In this document: in pieces, positions 10,314 to 21,263 of the stretch
How the letters are laid out: each line of letters opens with the position of its first letter
How positions within the stretch are numbered: position 1 is the stretch's first letter
NCBI GenBank assembly: GCA_008690995.1
Contig: VRMN01000004.1
Span: 310,001 to 374,000, forward strand
Length of the DNA: 64,000 nt
DNA from: Porphyridium purpureum
Lineage: Eukaryota
Reading direction: 5' to 3'
Program-made: the position numbers and the translations under genes
The notes under the pieces: model-generated
Database searches by the model: none
The model's input: only the letters and a program-made list of their open reading frames with translations
What the model was told of the DNA's origin: nothing

Positions 10314-11115
10314 CTCCCGTGGTTCCTCCATCCACCCGTTCTTGTACGTCGCCGCAACCCCTCGCTTGCACCTGCCATCAAACGATCGGAGGCGCGCACG
10401 CGCTGTTCACGGGGCGTGCGCCGGCTCTCAGTCATCCGATAGATGAAAGTACGACGCTATTGCATCGCTGATCTTGTCCAAACCTTCCGACGCGCCATTT
10501 CACTGTTGAAGAACAAAGCTGCCGTTGCTTTCTCTTCAGTAGCTAGCGCACGTGTCCGCTGTCGTGTGCGCCCACTCTACTTGCCGATGAGGGTGCAATT
10601 AATCCGCAAAGACATGTGGATACCTCGTCTCTTCCGCCTTCTCGGCGAACACACGACAGCCGCGTGCCGGTCTTCCGCACGCCACTTTCAAACCCACTCT
10701 AGCCAAGCGTTGCGCGCGCTGCGCCTGACACGCGCACGTGCATTACACACGGTCTCAGCTTGCCGCTGCGAGCCTTGATGCGCGGCTTCTTCCCTTTCAC
10801 AAAAGCCACGTTCCGCCCTGTAATTTTCGGGGCCATAAACGACACGCTTGCACAGCAGACGCAAAACAGTGTCGGAGGGATTTGGAGGTCCCGCAAGGTC
10901 TTTTCGTTTCGACGAGGACAAGGCCTTTCGGGTTCGGCTTTGGCGTGACGGTCAAGTGCGCGCGGCTGCGGCGTCCAAGGTGCAAGCGCCCCGCACAACT
11001 CTTTACCCCCGTTTGTCCTTGGTGCATTCGAGTCGCTTGGTGGTGTGAAGAGCGCGCGGCGGGTCGTTGTGGTTTTGGAATTTATTGGCTTCGGGTTTAA
11101 GGTGTATCCACAACA

Positions 11116-12645
11116 ATGTGGTCGTCAAGTTATGCGCCCGGAAGCGCTCCTCAGCAGCCGGGAACTTTCTATGGAGCGCAGCCGCCGCCGCCGCCGCAGC
11201 AGCAGCAGCAGCAGTATGGTGCGCCAGTTCCCGGTCCACCTGCTCAGTATGGAGCTCCGCCACCCGCAAACGGCCAAGCAGTCTACTCGCAGGGGCAGCC
11301 GGCATATGCAGGGTACCAGCCCGCGCAGCCGCACTATGGTGCGCCAGTTCCCGGTCAACCTGCTCCGTATGGAGCTCCGCCACCCGCAAACGGCCAAGCA
11401 GCCTACCCGCAGGGGCAGCCAGCATACACAGGGTATCAGCCCGCACAGCCGCAGCCGTATCAGCAGTACCCGCCGGAGCAGCCTATTCTGGCAAGCATGG
11501 TGTCTTCCAACGCGCTGGGCACAAAGAAGCTAAGTATCAATTACTACCAGGACTCGCGCTTGCCCGCGTCCGCACAGCAGCCGCAGGCTCCGCAGTATTA
11601 TCAGCAGCAGCCACAGACCCCGCAGTACTACCAGCAGCAGTCGCAGGCTCCTCCAGTTCAGCATCCGGGCTACGGCCCTGCCGCGCCGAAGGCACCTGCC
11701 ACGGGTCGAAGAAAGGCAGTATTGATCGGTATCAATTACACGGGTACGCGGAACCAGTTAAAAGGCTGTGTGAACGACGTAAGATTCATCAAGCATCTGC
11801 TGCAGACTCGTTTTGGTTTCAAGGACGAGGATTTCTTCATATTGACCGACGAGGACCCGAAAATCTCTGGCGTGCGACGCGCCGCTCCCACGCGTTATAA
11901 CATAATTGACGCGCTGCGGTGGTTAATTGGCGGCGTGACTGCGGGTGACTCTCTATTCTTTCACTTCTCTGGGCACGGCTCCCAGGTGCGCGACACGAAC
12001 GGTGACGAGGAAGACGGCTACGACGAAACTATTTTGCCAGTAGACTTTCAGCGCGCCGGGCAGATTGTGGACGATGAATTACACGCGATTCTGGTGAAGC
12101 CGCTCCCGGCGGGTGCGCGCCTGACTGCGCTCATCGACGCGTGTCACAGCGGCACAGGACTGGACTTGCCGTACGTGATGGATGTGGACCAGTACGATCC
12201 AAGTGCGGTGGCGGCTTCTGGCTATGGACGAGGCGCGCAGCAGCGTGGGGGAGGCAACGAGCGCGGTCTCATAGGCGCCATGATCGGTGCTGGTCTAATG
12301 GCGAGTGCATCGTACGGTGCGCCACCGCCGAACAAGCGAAAGAAGTATCAGAAAAAAGTGCCGCTCGCGCCGGCGTGCGCGGGCGATGCGGTGCTATTTA
12401 GCGGCTGCGACGACCACCAGACCAGCGCCGACACGAGCGGGCTGTCGGGCGGAACGTCGACGGGCGCAATGACCTACTGCTTTGTCGAGGCGATCGAGCA
12501 TGGCAGTGTGTCAGACTGGCACCAATACACGTACGGCTCCCTGCTGAGCACCATGCGAAGCAAGCTCCTGAAGAAAGGGTACAAGCAGCGTCCGCAACTG
12601 AGCAGTGGCAAGCCGATGAGCGCTTCCACGCCCTTCCGCATCTAA
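11116..12645 (+). CDS. MCA1: Type I metacaspase with Pro/Gln/Tyr-rich prodomain
   Basis: RRKAVLIGINY, LKGCVND, catalytic HFSGHG and DACHSG, SGCDDHQTSAD, Q-x-PQLSS. Confidence 0.96.
   Translation: MWSSSYAPGSAPQQPGTFYGAQPPPPPQQQQQQYGAPVPGPPAQYGAPPPANGQAVYSQGQPAYAGYQPAQPHYGAPVPGQPAPYGAPPPANGQAAYPQGQPAYTGYQPAQPQPYQQYPPEQPILASMVSSNALGTKKLSINYYQDSRLPASAQQPQAPQYYQQQPQTPQYYQQQSQAPPVQHPGYGPAAPKAPATGRRKAVLIGINYTGTRNQLKGCVNDVRFIKHLLQTRFGFKDEDFFILTDEDPKISGVRRAAPTRYNIIDALRWLIGGVTAGDSLFFHFSGHGSQVRDTNGDEEDGYDETILPVDFQRAGQIVDDELHAILVKPLPAGARLTALIDACHSGTGLDLPYVMDVDQYDPSAVAASGYGRGAQQRGGGNERGLIGAMIGAGLMASASYGAPPPNKRKKYQKKVPLAPACAGDAVLFSGCDDHQTSADTSGLSGGTSTGAMTYCFVEAIEHGSVSDWHQYTYGSLLSTMRSKLLKKGYKQRPQLSSGKPMSASTPFRI
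11215..11454 (+). repeat. 120-bp tandem duplication (2 copies) in the metacaspase prodomain
   Basis: 11215-11334 and 11335-11454 both encode YGAPVPG-P-YGAPPPANGQA-Y-QGQPAY-GYQPAQP with few substitutions. Confidence 0.95.
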
Positions 12646-13756
12646 CTGGGCGCGGGCACCGTTGGCCATGGCCCCGGCCGACACTGGCGAGGAGCAGAGT
12701 GAGCGATAAATTACATCAAGTTATGCCGCATCCGCAGCGCGACACGCAGGCCGCGTGCGCTGCGCTGCCGCGACGGCGCGTGATCGTGCGCATCACGAGC
12801 CTCATGATTCGTGCCGCCGGCCCGAGCACCTGCTCACACTAGCACCAAAGTCTGCATGACATGGCAATGGCTCCTGTTCCACCGGCGCGCATCATCGCGC
12901 ACTTCCCTTCGATGCCGCAAAGGACACGGCGCCGTTCAGCGACGTGGATCGAGCACCCCATGACCCCCAACCATTTCGCGGAGAAAATGCGCCGTGTGCG
13001 TTCGTGGTCATTGGCGGATCCGCCGCATGAGCCGCCCACACCCTCCCCGCTCGAACCGAGCACACTGTACCTCTTCCACCTCACAAAAAATCCTTTCCTA
13101 TCAAAACACGACATTTTACTATGCATCATCCAAAACAATTCTGTTTGCCTTTTCCGGACGCGCGCGTGTGTGGGGCGATCCGGGGGTTATGATTTCCGGC
13201 CGGGTGCGCTCAGCCGGTGATTCTACGTTCCGCTTTTGTCGCTATTTTGTGGTCGTTTTTTGTGCGTGTGCGTGTGTGTTGTGTGTTCTGCGCTGGAAAG
13301 CGGTTCACGCCACAAAACCAAGTCCACCACAAGAACGGGACCCGCACGACCTCCCTTTGAAACCACCACAACTGCGGCGCCGGAGCGCCGGCGCGCCGGA
13401 GTGGAGGTTCGGCGCTGCGCGTGATGGCCGATTTCTGTACCCAAAACGGGCTGGATTGTGATTATTGGCCGGGACGGCGGGTGAGTGTGTGTTTGGGTAA
13501 GTGTGGGTTGTTGTGCGTGTTGTGTGTGTGTGTGTGCTTGCTTTGATTTGTGGCGGCACGGCATGATGACGTGCCGCGATAATTTTAATACAGCGATGCT
13601 AAAAACGGCACAGAACCCTCGTTTCTTCATGGGCGCGTTTGTGGATGTTTGTGAGAGAAACGAGCCGGCGGGGTCGGACGTGCTGTGCGGATCCTCCTCT
13701 TTGGTCATGCATGATGAACGCGCACGCTGAATCGGATCGACGTGAAGTCATCGTCA

Positions 13757-13772
13757 TCAGCAGCATCACTAT

Positions 13773-13803
<31 letters not shown>
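13757..13803. repeat. (CAG)n microsatellite, intergenic
   Basis: Run of cag triplets with one interruption. Confidence 0.85.
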
Positions 13804-13804
<1 letters not shown>

Positions 13805-13936
13805 GTCATGACCATGGCGTTGACCATCATGTGAACGTCGACTGAGCCTCCTGTGCAACCCGCCTACAGGCAACCGAGAACGCACGGCATAGTTGAGGGG
13901 GCGATTCCGCACGTGATCGAGCGGGAGGTGGCGTGG

Positions 13937-13942
13937 TATAAA
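13937..13942 (+). promoter_or_regulatory. Candidate TATA box of the C2H2 gene
   Basis: TATAAA in GC-rich context ~140 bp upstream of ATG 14080. Confidence 0.4.
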
Positions 13943-14079
13943 GGGACGCGAAAGGCTCGCTGACATGGCGACCACGTGTTGGGGTTCACGCGCGGAGGGG
14001 CTGTGTAAGAACATCGGCAAGCGCGTAAGCAACAACAAGAAACCATTCACGAAGAGACTGAGCGCCACGTGCGGCCTCG

Positions 14080-16026
14080 ATGGGAGCTGACCGAGTATAC
14101 AAGCACGACGGCTTGGGACCTGGACTCAACACGCGCTATATGAGCAGTAGCGGCGGCAGCAGCGGCAGCAGCGGCGACGGCGGCGGCGAACACAATGCAA
14201 TGAGTTGGTTGGCCGGCGACAGCGAAGCAGAGCCGCACTTGTTGCAGACATCTGCGGCGCCGCTCGAAACCTTTGGCTCGCTCGACCTGACAACCATTTT
14301 TGCAGACATTGACCAGATCACACACATCGACGATACCTCGCGGCCAAATGAAGCGGCAGCACCGGAGCACGCCGACGCCGGCCCCAGTAAGCCACATTCG
14401 ATATTGAAGCGGGAGGCGCGGCAATTGCCGCCCATGATACCAGTCGCGCCTGGGCCAAAGTTCGGCTTCTCGCGGGAGAGCACGCAGCCCTCGATGGACT
14501 TGGAACACAGTGACGACGAGTTCAGCGTCGACTACCTGCTGGATCGCATCCAAGACGTCATTGCGGATGAGCAAGTTTTTGAGTGGCTAATGGCCAGCGA
14601 GCCCACGGTGCCCGTGGGCGTGCTGCTTGATGACCTCAATGGACTGGACTACATTTGTTCGGAAACATGGAGCTCCGTGGACACAGCCTCGGACGTCAGT
14701 GCACGCACCGCGAAGCATCAGACGCAGGATCGTGTGTGCATCGTGCCGTTTGCAAGTGTAGAAAATCACGTGCTTGTGAGTGTCCTGCAGACTGCCGAGC
14801 CGACTTTCTCTCGGACACCAGAAAAGGACGCCTTGGTGCGGAACAAGCGGAGGTCCGAGAGTTGTGATGTTTCCTCAGGTTCCGACAGTGAAAGTGTCTT
14901 GAAGCGCTCACGGTCTGGAGGACTGCCGGCAAGTCCACCGACCATTCAACGCTCAGCATCAACTTCACCACAGGCTCCGATTCACGCCGTCAGTCACGCT
15001 GTGGTTCGTCGGTCGGAAAGCGAAGAGATCCAGTTCATCCAATTTTTGTGGAGCGCGGCGCGCGACAGACTCACCATTCGGTTCGAAAGTTGTGCGCAAG
15101 CTCAGGGCGTGCGCTCGGCGGTGGCACATCTGCAACGTCAGCCCGGTGACGGCGAGGCGACAATCCCATCCCGCCTCGCGACCGTGCGCGCGTATGCAGC
15201 AAAGCAGCTCCACACGCATTGCCGCACAGTTGCGGACCTCGAGCACGCGACAAGTGCAGAGCACACGTGGAGCGAATTTCAAAGGATGCAGGGCCACGTG
15301 AATGACGCCACCGGCTTTGTCTTGGAATACACGCCCGCGCGTATCACCCGACGCAAAGTTCAGGTCGAGCGCTGGAGCCAGGTGCGCTCGTTGAGGCCCC
15401 GCGTGGCTGCATCCAACGCTCAGCCGAGCATCTGGCGAATGCATTCGTCCCCAGATCCGGACTCAAGCGCGCGGCATGGATGGCTTCCGGACGTGCTGGC
15501 CTTAAAACCGGAACCCTCTCAAACGCAAGGCCACATGAAGTCGGAGGCGGGGATACGGACGCACAGCGCTGAAGACTGGGTCCGAAAAACGCGCCCGGGC
15601 TCAAGCGTTGGTGCACACAAGATGTCTCTTGGATCGACTCTGAACCTACAGCGAGCACGCAACAGTCTTGTCGGTAATGTGGTGCTTGTCACCAGCGAAG
15701 GTACGGGCAGAGTTGCTGCAGGCACGCTTGCAACTGACGATACGATTTGGCTTCCAGCAAGACGGGCTCCACCTTTGTCCAGCGGATCGACACACACAAA
15801 TTCCAGCACAGAGGAGAACGCCGACGCTAGCATTGGACCGGGTACGCCTCCCGCGTTCCCGTGTCACCATTGTGGGAAGCGATTCAAACGCGTTCATGAC
15901 CGTCGCCGTCATGAGCTTGAAATACACAGCAGTGATACGGTCGTCGAGTGCGACATTTGCGGCGTGCGCATGGCGAGGAAGTCCAATTTGATGCGGCACC
16001 GACAAAACGTACACGGTAAGAAATAA
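14080..16026 (+). CDS. C2H2 zinc-finger protein (two C-terminal fingers), probable transcription factor
   Basis: FPCHHCGKRFKRVHDRRRHELEIH and VECDICGVRMARKSNLMRHRQNVH, preceded by a long acidic/Ser-rich region. Confidence 0.9.
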   Translation: MGADRVYKHDGLGPGLNTRYMSSSGGSSGSSGDGGGEHNAMSWLAGDSEAEPHLLQTSAAPLETFGSLDLTTIFADIDQITHIDDTSRPNEAAAPEHADAGPSKPHSILKREARQLPPMIPVAPGPKFGFSRESTQPSMDLEHSDDEFSVDYLLDRIQDVIADEQVFEWLMASEPTVPVGVLLDDLNGLDYICSETWSSVDTASDVSARTAKHQTQDRVCIVPFASVENHVLVSVLQTAEPTFSRTPEKDALVRNKRRSESCDVSSGSDSESVLKRSRSGGLPASPPTIQRSASTSPQAPIHAVSHAVVRRSESEEIQFIQFLWSAARDRLTIRFESCAQAQGVRSAVAHLQRQPGDGEATIPSRLATVRAYAAKQLHTHCRTVADLEHATSAEHTWSEFQRMQGHVNDATGFVLEYTPARITRRKVQVERWSQVRSLRPRVAASNAQPSIWRMHSSPDPDSSARHGWLPDVLALKPEPSQTQGHMKSEAGIRTHSAEDWVRKTRPGSSVGAHKMSLGSTLNLQRARNSLVGNVVLVTSEGTGRVAAGTLATDDTIWLPARRAPPLSSGSTHTNSSTEENADASIGPGTPPAFPCHHCGKRFKRVHDRRRHELEIHSSDTVVECDICGVRMARKSNLMRHRQNVHGKK

Positions 16027-16254
16027 AACAACAAGTTTGTTTTTCTTTTTTGGAGCGAGGAAAGAAAGGAAGGAGTTTGAGCGTATATTCTCGCCCTCCG
16101 CTTGATAACGAGGTCATCATGGATCAAGTTTGCCTTTCTCACCACAATGTACGTGAGAAAAAGGCTTGACAGTTCACACTTTAGGTCATTCTCACGTCCT
16201 GCCAGCGTGTGCATGGCATGGTCAAAGGTCTTCTCCAGACACGGTCATGCTTAA

Positions 16255-17283
16255 CTACATGCCAGCTTCAGCAAGCCTCGCGGGTTGGCAGGCAAGGGAA
16301 AGGGCATGGTCAACGTCAGCATACACCAAGATTCCGGTGTCGCGGTACGCATATAGAACACGCTCTTCTGCAGCATCCAAGACCAATGTTGCGCCTTGTC
16401 GAACTATGAGCTCCTGCTTTTCCGGGCTCAACTCGAACCATCGTGGTATAATGTCGATCATGTTCTGAAGACGCACGGTAGCGAGTTCAAATGGGCGCTG
16501 GTATTGCGAGCCCAAGACATCAAACATATTTGCGTCCAAAAACTTGATGGCGCCCTTCGACCACTTCTCAATGCTTCTGTCGCGGGAGCCTATGTAGCCG
16601 CCCAGAACGCGCCGCAGCGTGCCCGGAGATCCAATTCCGGCCAGCATGGCAAATAGTTTGACATATGGGTGCACTTGAGCCCGCTCTCCGAGGAATCCCT
16701 TGTACAGATCCAAGGCTTCATACGCTGCAGCGGTTTCATCGGCGTACACGTACTCAATCGGGAATCCAGTGATTTGCGCAAACAGACGGGCGTTTTCCGG
16801 CGAGCCGATGCCAACGCACACCAGGTTCACGTTCTTGTCTTCAAGCACTTGCAGCTCTGGTAAGAGCCTCTGTGCATACTCGAATGTCGTGAGGTCGCCA
16901 AAGTGCGTGAACATGCACAGGTACGTCCGCCTTCCTGCCGTGTTCAACAAGCTGGCAAGCGAGATACTCCAGTCGAGCTTGCTGGCCTCGTCCTGGTCGT
17001 CCAGAGCGGCACCACACGGTTTCACCTGCACATCCTTGAGGGCATCCAAAACCTGTGTGTAATCCAGCAGGTTCACTTTGGTCTTCAGCGAGGCCGGCTC
17101 TGCGTCGTCCCTTTGCTGCGCGCGCATCAGGCGCGACCGGCAAGCATTCGCACCCGCCACAACAGCCACGCGCGGGCGCTTCACCCAGAGTCGCTCTCTG
17201 CACACAGATACCCCTGACGGAGTGTCCAGCGCACCGCCGCAAACGCCGCAACCTCTTCCGACAACACTCACAAACGCCGCCAT
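16255..17283 (-). CDS. Plastid peroxiredoxin-like (AhpC/TSA_2, PRXL2/AAED1-like) protein
   Basis: MAAFV transit peptide; thioredoxin-like pattern FTHFGDLTTFEYA, LVCVGIGSPE-A-F, YAD-AYEAL-L, RPFELAT-RL-NM, QGAT. Confidence 0.8.
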   Translation of the reverse strand: MAAFVSVVGRGCGVCGGALDTPSGVSVCRERLWVKRPRVAVVAGANACRSRLMRAQQRDDAEPASLKTKVNLLDYTQVLDALKDVQVKPCGAALDDQDEASKLDWSISLASLLNTAGRRTYLCMFTHFGDLTTFEYAQRLLPELQVLEDKNVNLVCVGIGSPENARLFAQITGFPIEYVYADETAAAYEALDLYKGFLGERAQVHPYVKLFAMLAGIGSPGTLRRVLGGYIGSRDRSIEKWSKGAIKFLDANMFDVLGSQYQRPFELATVRLQNMIDIIPRWFELSPEKQELIVRQGATLVLDAAEERVLYAYRDTGILVYADVDHALSLACQPARLAEAGM

Positions 17284-17426
17284 CGCATTTGGCCACTCTT
17301 CCGCCCTCTACCTGCAGCTCCAAAGTTAGTAGCTCCGCCGAGCGACGAGGCAGCGAGCGATCGGGACGTTGATTGCGTGCGTCAATGAGTGGGATGATGA
17401 TGGGGCGCGGTGGCGAAGAACGTGAC

Positions 17427-18266
17427 ATGGCCATGTTTGTAAATACTGCAGGCGGTCGTGCATCATCCTTGGAAGTGCAGAATCATAAACGCGTGTGTGC
17501 TCGCGGCTTTGGAAATGCGGAAAAGCGACCGGCAGTGCGCGCCGTGCACCGCGATCGCGCACAATTCGGCTCGAGTACGCGTCGTGTTGCGTGTCACCAG
17601 AATCGGTCGTTGGATATGCTGGGCGAGGGAGTCAAAACTGCTGTGTTACTGTCCGGAGGAGGGCGGTCGCTCGAGAATCTCATCGTGCGCATTGAGCAAA
17701 AGACGCTCACAAATGTTGAGATTGCGTGCGTAATTGCCAGCAAGCCATCAGCGGGAGGCATCGAGCGGGCCAGGGCAAGATCTATACCGACACATGTGAT
17801 TAGACCCAGGGACTTCGAGGGTGAAGACACCGTGCAACGTTTTAGTGCGGCGATTAACGACGTGCTCGACCGGCATGCCGTGGAACTCGTCGTCCTAGCC
17901 GGATGGATGCACTTTTACTTGATTCCTACTCGCTTTGAGCACCGCGTGATCAACATCCATCCGTCGCTGCTGCCTTCCTTTTGTGGGAAAGGCTACTACG
18001 GCGAGAAGGTACACAAGGCGGTGCTCGACTTTGGCGCCAAGGTAACTGGCTGCACGGTGCATTTTGCCGACAACCAGTACGACCACGGCGCAATCATTGT
18101 GCAGCGGCCCGTGATGGTGGAGGATGATGACACAGTGGACACGCTTGCTGCGCGCGTGTTTGAGGAAGAGAAGAATGCGCTCGCGCAAGCCGTACAGCTG
18201 TACGTCGACAAGAAACTTGTTCTGGAAGGTCGGCGCGTCAAGTTTGCGCAAGAGGCGGCTTTATAA
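17427..18266 (+). CDS. purN: Phosphoribosylglycinamide formyltransferase (monofunctional), probably plastid-targeted
   Basis: AVLLSGGGRSL, LVVLAGWM, NIHPSLLP, GCTVHF-D-YDHG-II. MAMFV leader; an upstream in-frame ATG also exists at 17385. Confidence 0.95.
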   Translation: MAMFVNTAGGRASSLEVQNHKRVCARGFGNAEKRPAVRAVHRDRAQFGSSTRRVACHQNRSLDMLGEGVKTAVLLSGGGRSLENLIVRIEQKTLTNVEIACVIASKPSAGGIERARARSIPTHVIRPRDFEGEDTVQRFSAAINDVLDRHAVELVVLAGWMHFYLIPTRFEHRVINIHPSLLPSFCGKGYYGEKVHKAVLDFGAKVTGCTVHFADNQYDHGAIIVQRPVMVEDDDTVDTLAARVFEEEKNALAQAVQLYVDKKLVLEGRRVKFAQEAAL

Positions 18267-18373
18267 CATCCGGAAATTTCGGACACACATATGATTTTCC
18301 AAGACTTTTACGTACAACACAGTTAGTTACGGATAGCTTCCTCGGAAGAGTAAGAACCAGCCTGCGTCGTTGG

Positions 18374-19618
18374 CTACCACCACCTTTCATGAGCCGATTC
18401 GAGCGAGCCTTCTGAACTCTCCGAAATTGAAGAGGAGGTGTATGATTGCGGACTCAGTAGCCTGTCATAAACATGATTAGGATGCGCACTCAGACTCTTG
18501 AGATCCTGAGTCGCCGTCAGGAACAGAGAGTCCAGTGCGCTCGACCGAGACTCCTCCGGTCGTCCCGCTTGAGGTTTCGCGACAAGCGCAAAGGAGGTAC
18601 CGAACAGCTGCTCCGGCTGCTCCACTGAGCAAAGGGAACCAATGCTAGAGTCCACTTTTTCTGGGCACAAAGGCATGGTGTCTTCTGGGGCCCTTTCCTC
18701 CACGTCCTCCTGGCTGTCCTCTGAATCTGGTTCCGAAAGCTCGTCGTAGCCAAGCGGAATATACGAGTCCGGTACAGCATCCCAGTTGCTCGCCTCGCCA
18801 CGAATAGACTGGGTGCGCTCAACTCCAAAAGGAACCTTTCCGCCCATGATGTCGGACTTCCTGAGCAAAGTGCCGAACGTTGCGTCCTTTCCTGCAACCG
18901 CTGGTTCCGCAAGCTTCGTACCGACACGCTGCGACGGAGGCAACTGGTCGTCGCCAAAATCAGGTGGCGGGGTATTCCGGGCCGCGCTCTCAGAATCTTC
19001 ATTTCCACGCGGCGAAACGTACGAGAAAGAGTACGATTGCTTCATTGATCGCGAGCCCCGCAACGACCCGAAGCTCTTGAAGTTGCGTTCCACCATGGAG
19101 CGCTTCGGCCTTTTGGATGGCGCTGTGGCACCGCGCGGAATTTTTGCTTCCGGCAGAGCGTCTTCTGAGTCCCACTGCGTGCTGAAATAGTCCACGCTGT
19201 TCTGAACGGGCTCCGACTGATCGCCGAGTCCGTGCGTCCTCTCGTGCTGGCCGTCACTTGACTTGGCGCGCCGAAAGTTGCGGGGCTTGAATAGGTGCAT
19301 TGTTCTTGACTGTCTGCCGGGCGTCGCGTCCGCCTGCGCATGCTCTGTCTCTGGCGACGCGGCCTCGTTGCCTGCTTCGTCATACGGCGGCTTCTTGGTC
19401 TCGCCAAAGGCTCCGACAGAAGACATGGATCGGGTCGCAAGGACATTCCCGAGACTTCGCCGGGCCGCTGCAGCCACGCGAGACTCGTGCTCCAGCGGCT
19501 GTTGCGGCTGTGCGTGCTCATCATCGTCGTATGCATGCTTCGTTTCACCAAACGCGGCCGCGGACGACTTGGCTCGGCTGGCCATGATGCTGCGGAAGCT
19601 TTTTCTTGTTTGCTCCAT
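18374..19618 (-). CDS. Hypothetical Ser/Arg-rich, probably disordered 414-aa protein
   Basis: Long ATG-initiated ORF with an internal repeat (RRS-N/S-A-R-SS-AFGETK, twice) and no recognised domain. Confidence 0.7.
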   Translation of the reverse strand: MEQTRKSFRSIMASRAKSSAAAFGETKHAYDDDEHAQPQQPLEHESRVAAAARRSLGNVLATRSMSSVGAFGETKKPPYDEAGNEAASPETEHAQADATPGRQSRTMHLFKPRNFRRAKSSDGQHERTHGLGDQSEPVQNSVDYFSTQWDSEDALPEAKIPRGATAPSKRPKRSMVERNFKSFGSLRGSRSMKQSYSFSYVSPRGNEDSESAARNTPPPDFGDDQLPPSQRVGTKLAEPAVAGKDATFGTLLRKSDIMGGKVPFGVERTQSIRGEASNWDAVPDSYIPLGYDELSEPDSEDSQEDVEERAPEDTMPLCPEKVDSSIGSLCSVEQPEQLFGTSFALVAKPQAGRPEESRSSALDSLFLTATQDLKSLSAHPNHVYDRLLSPQSYTSSSISESSEGSLESAHERWW

Positions 19619-21263
19619 GCCCGCGCCGGGGAATCGTCGTCCTGCTCTGTCCGACCGACGCGCGACGCCTATTGCTCCTGAGCGCGCAAATAGCTACCGT
19701 GGCCACCCTTTTCGCCGCCTTATCCCGCGCTACAAAGGCCGGGTCCCACTTTTTCAAATCGTTCTCCGACACCACCGATCTGCCAGCGGCACGCAGCGCC
19801 GCTCTTACCCTCTCCTCGCCGGAACTCGGCAGCGACTGCACAACCCGGCTCCACCTTCAAGTCCGCGCGCTGCTTCCAAGTGGGCAAGGCCACTTGTTTC
19901 CCTTGCCACCCACAATGCCAAAGACGTGTGACAACTTTAGCGCGCGCGGGAGTTTCAATTTATATGCTGCGCAAACGCCGCAGCACGATTCCGTTTGACA
20001 CGAGACACCCACCCACACCCTCACGCTTTCACAGCGCCTACGTGCACGGACACCAATAATTTCAACGAAGAAACACCAAAAACACAACAACACAAAAAAA
20101 CACCAGCCGTCTACCAGGAGAGACACACGCACACGCACGCCCTTGTCACTCTCTCTCTCTCTCTCACTCTCACTCTCGTCACACCCCAATGCTTCGACGT
20201 GTGCCGTGTAGCTCATTTTCACTACGGGCTTTCTTTGACTTCTTGCTCGCTGCGACACTTTTGCTTCCCACGCAGCCGACCACTGCAGGCAAAACAGAAA
20301 CAAAAGAATTGACTTCAGCCACTTTTCCAAACTGGGTCAAAAACGGCGACGCGTTTTGTTTTCCGCATTTTTACCTCGGGGTGTTTCCTTGTTTTTTCCT
20401 CGACTTTTCCTTATTTTTTCAGTCGAGTGGTCACTTGTCACTGATTGACTTGAAGGGGGTACAGTTACTTATACTAAACCGGGCTGTTTTAATAGAGGAC
20501 TTTGTTCGGGTCAACGCGAGGTGTCCAGCGTGCATCTGCGCGCTTACACACGCCCGTCTTGTCCATTTTTTTTTGTCACCACAAGTCTCGTGCGATGAGC
20601 CGCACATCTATTTTTAGCCGCTTGAATTCGTGTATGAAAAAAAACGCAAAAAATACACCGTTTTTTAAATTTGCGCTTGTGTCATTTTAATGAATTTATT
20701 CATTTATTCCCTCTCCAGTATGGAAGAGAATTAAAGGAGGAAGAGCAAATTCGAATAGGGGGGAGGAAGAGTGTAAGTTGGTTTGGTTGCAAGGGGAAGT
20801 GGAGGACCGTGTGAGCGTGTGCGTGTGTGCGGGATGGAACGTGGACAGTCGTGGGGCTGGCGTCGGCTGCGTGGTGAAGGATGTATGAGGTGGAAGCGAT
20901 CGATGGACCCACGGATGGATGCAGCACAGCTTGCGTGCCGAAGCGTGGATGATGGACAGGTCACGCACGCACGCACAGCGATGGCATGAGACACTGTACT
21001 GCGGACGCGATGGCGTGTGCGGAGACACGCGGCATGGGCAGGCCAGAGACTGACTACTTTGGGGCGTGAGTGTGAAGGAGTGTCGAGGCCTGTGCTGTTT
21101 TGCGGCGGCTTGAAAGATGTACAATGGTTGCTGCGTCGAGATCTGCTTGCTGCACTTGATGTGCTGAAATTTGTCCAACAACAGGCTACGACTACCGCTG
21201 GTGCGGCAACGGTTGGTCTGACGGTTCCTTTCACCTCTTGAATAAAGGGAAGTCAGAATGCAG

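Noticed and set aside
10314..11115. Small ORFs between the primase-like gene and the metacaspase
   Set aside because: Several overlapping short frames without recognisable motifs; most likely UTR/promoter sequence.
21150..21225. C/D box or U3 snoRNA
   Set aside because: A CTGA box D is present, but there is no RUGAUGA box C and no U3 boxes A/B.
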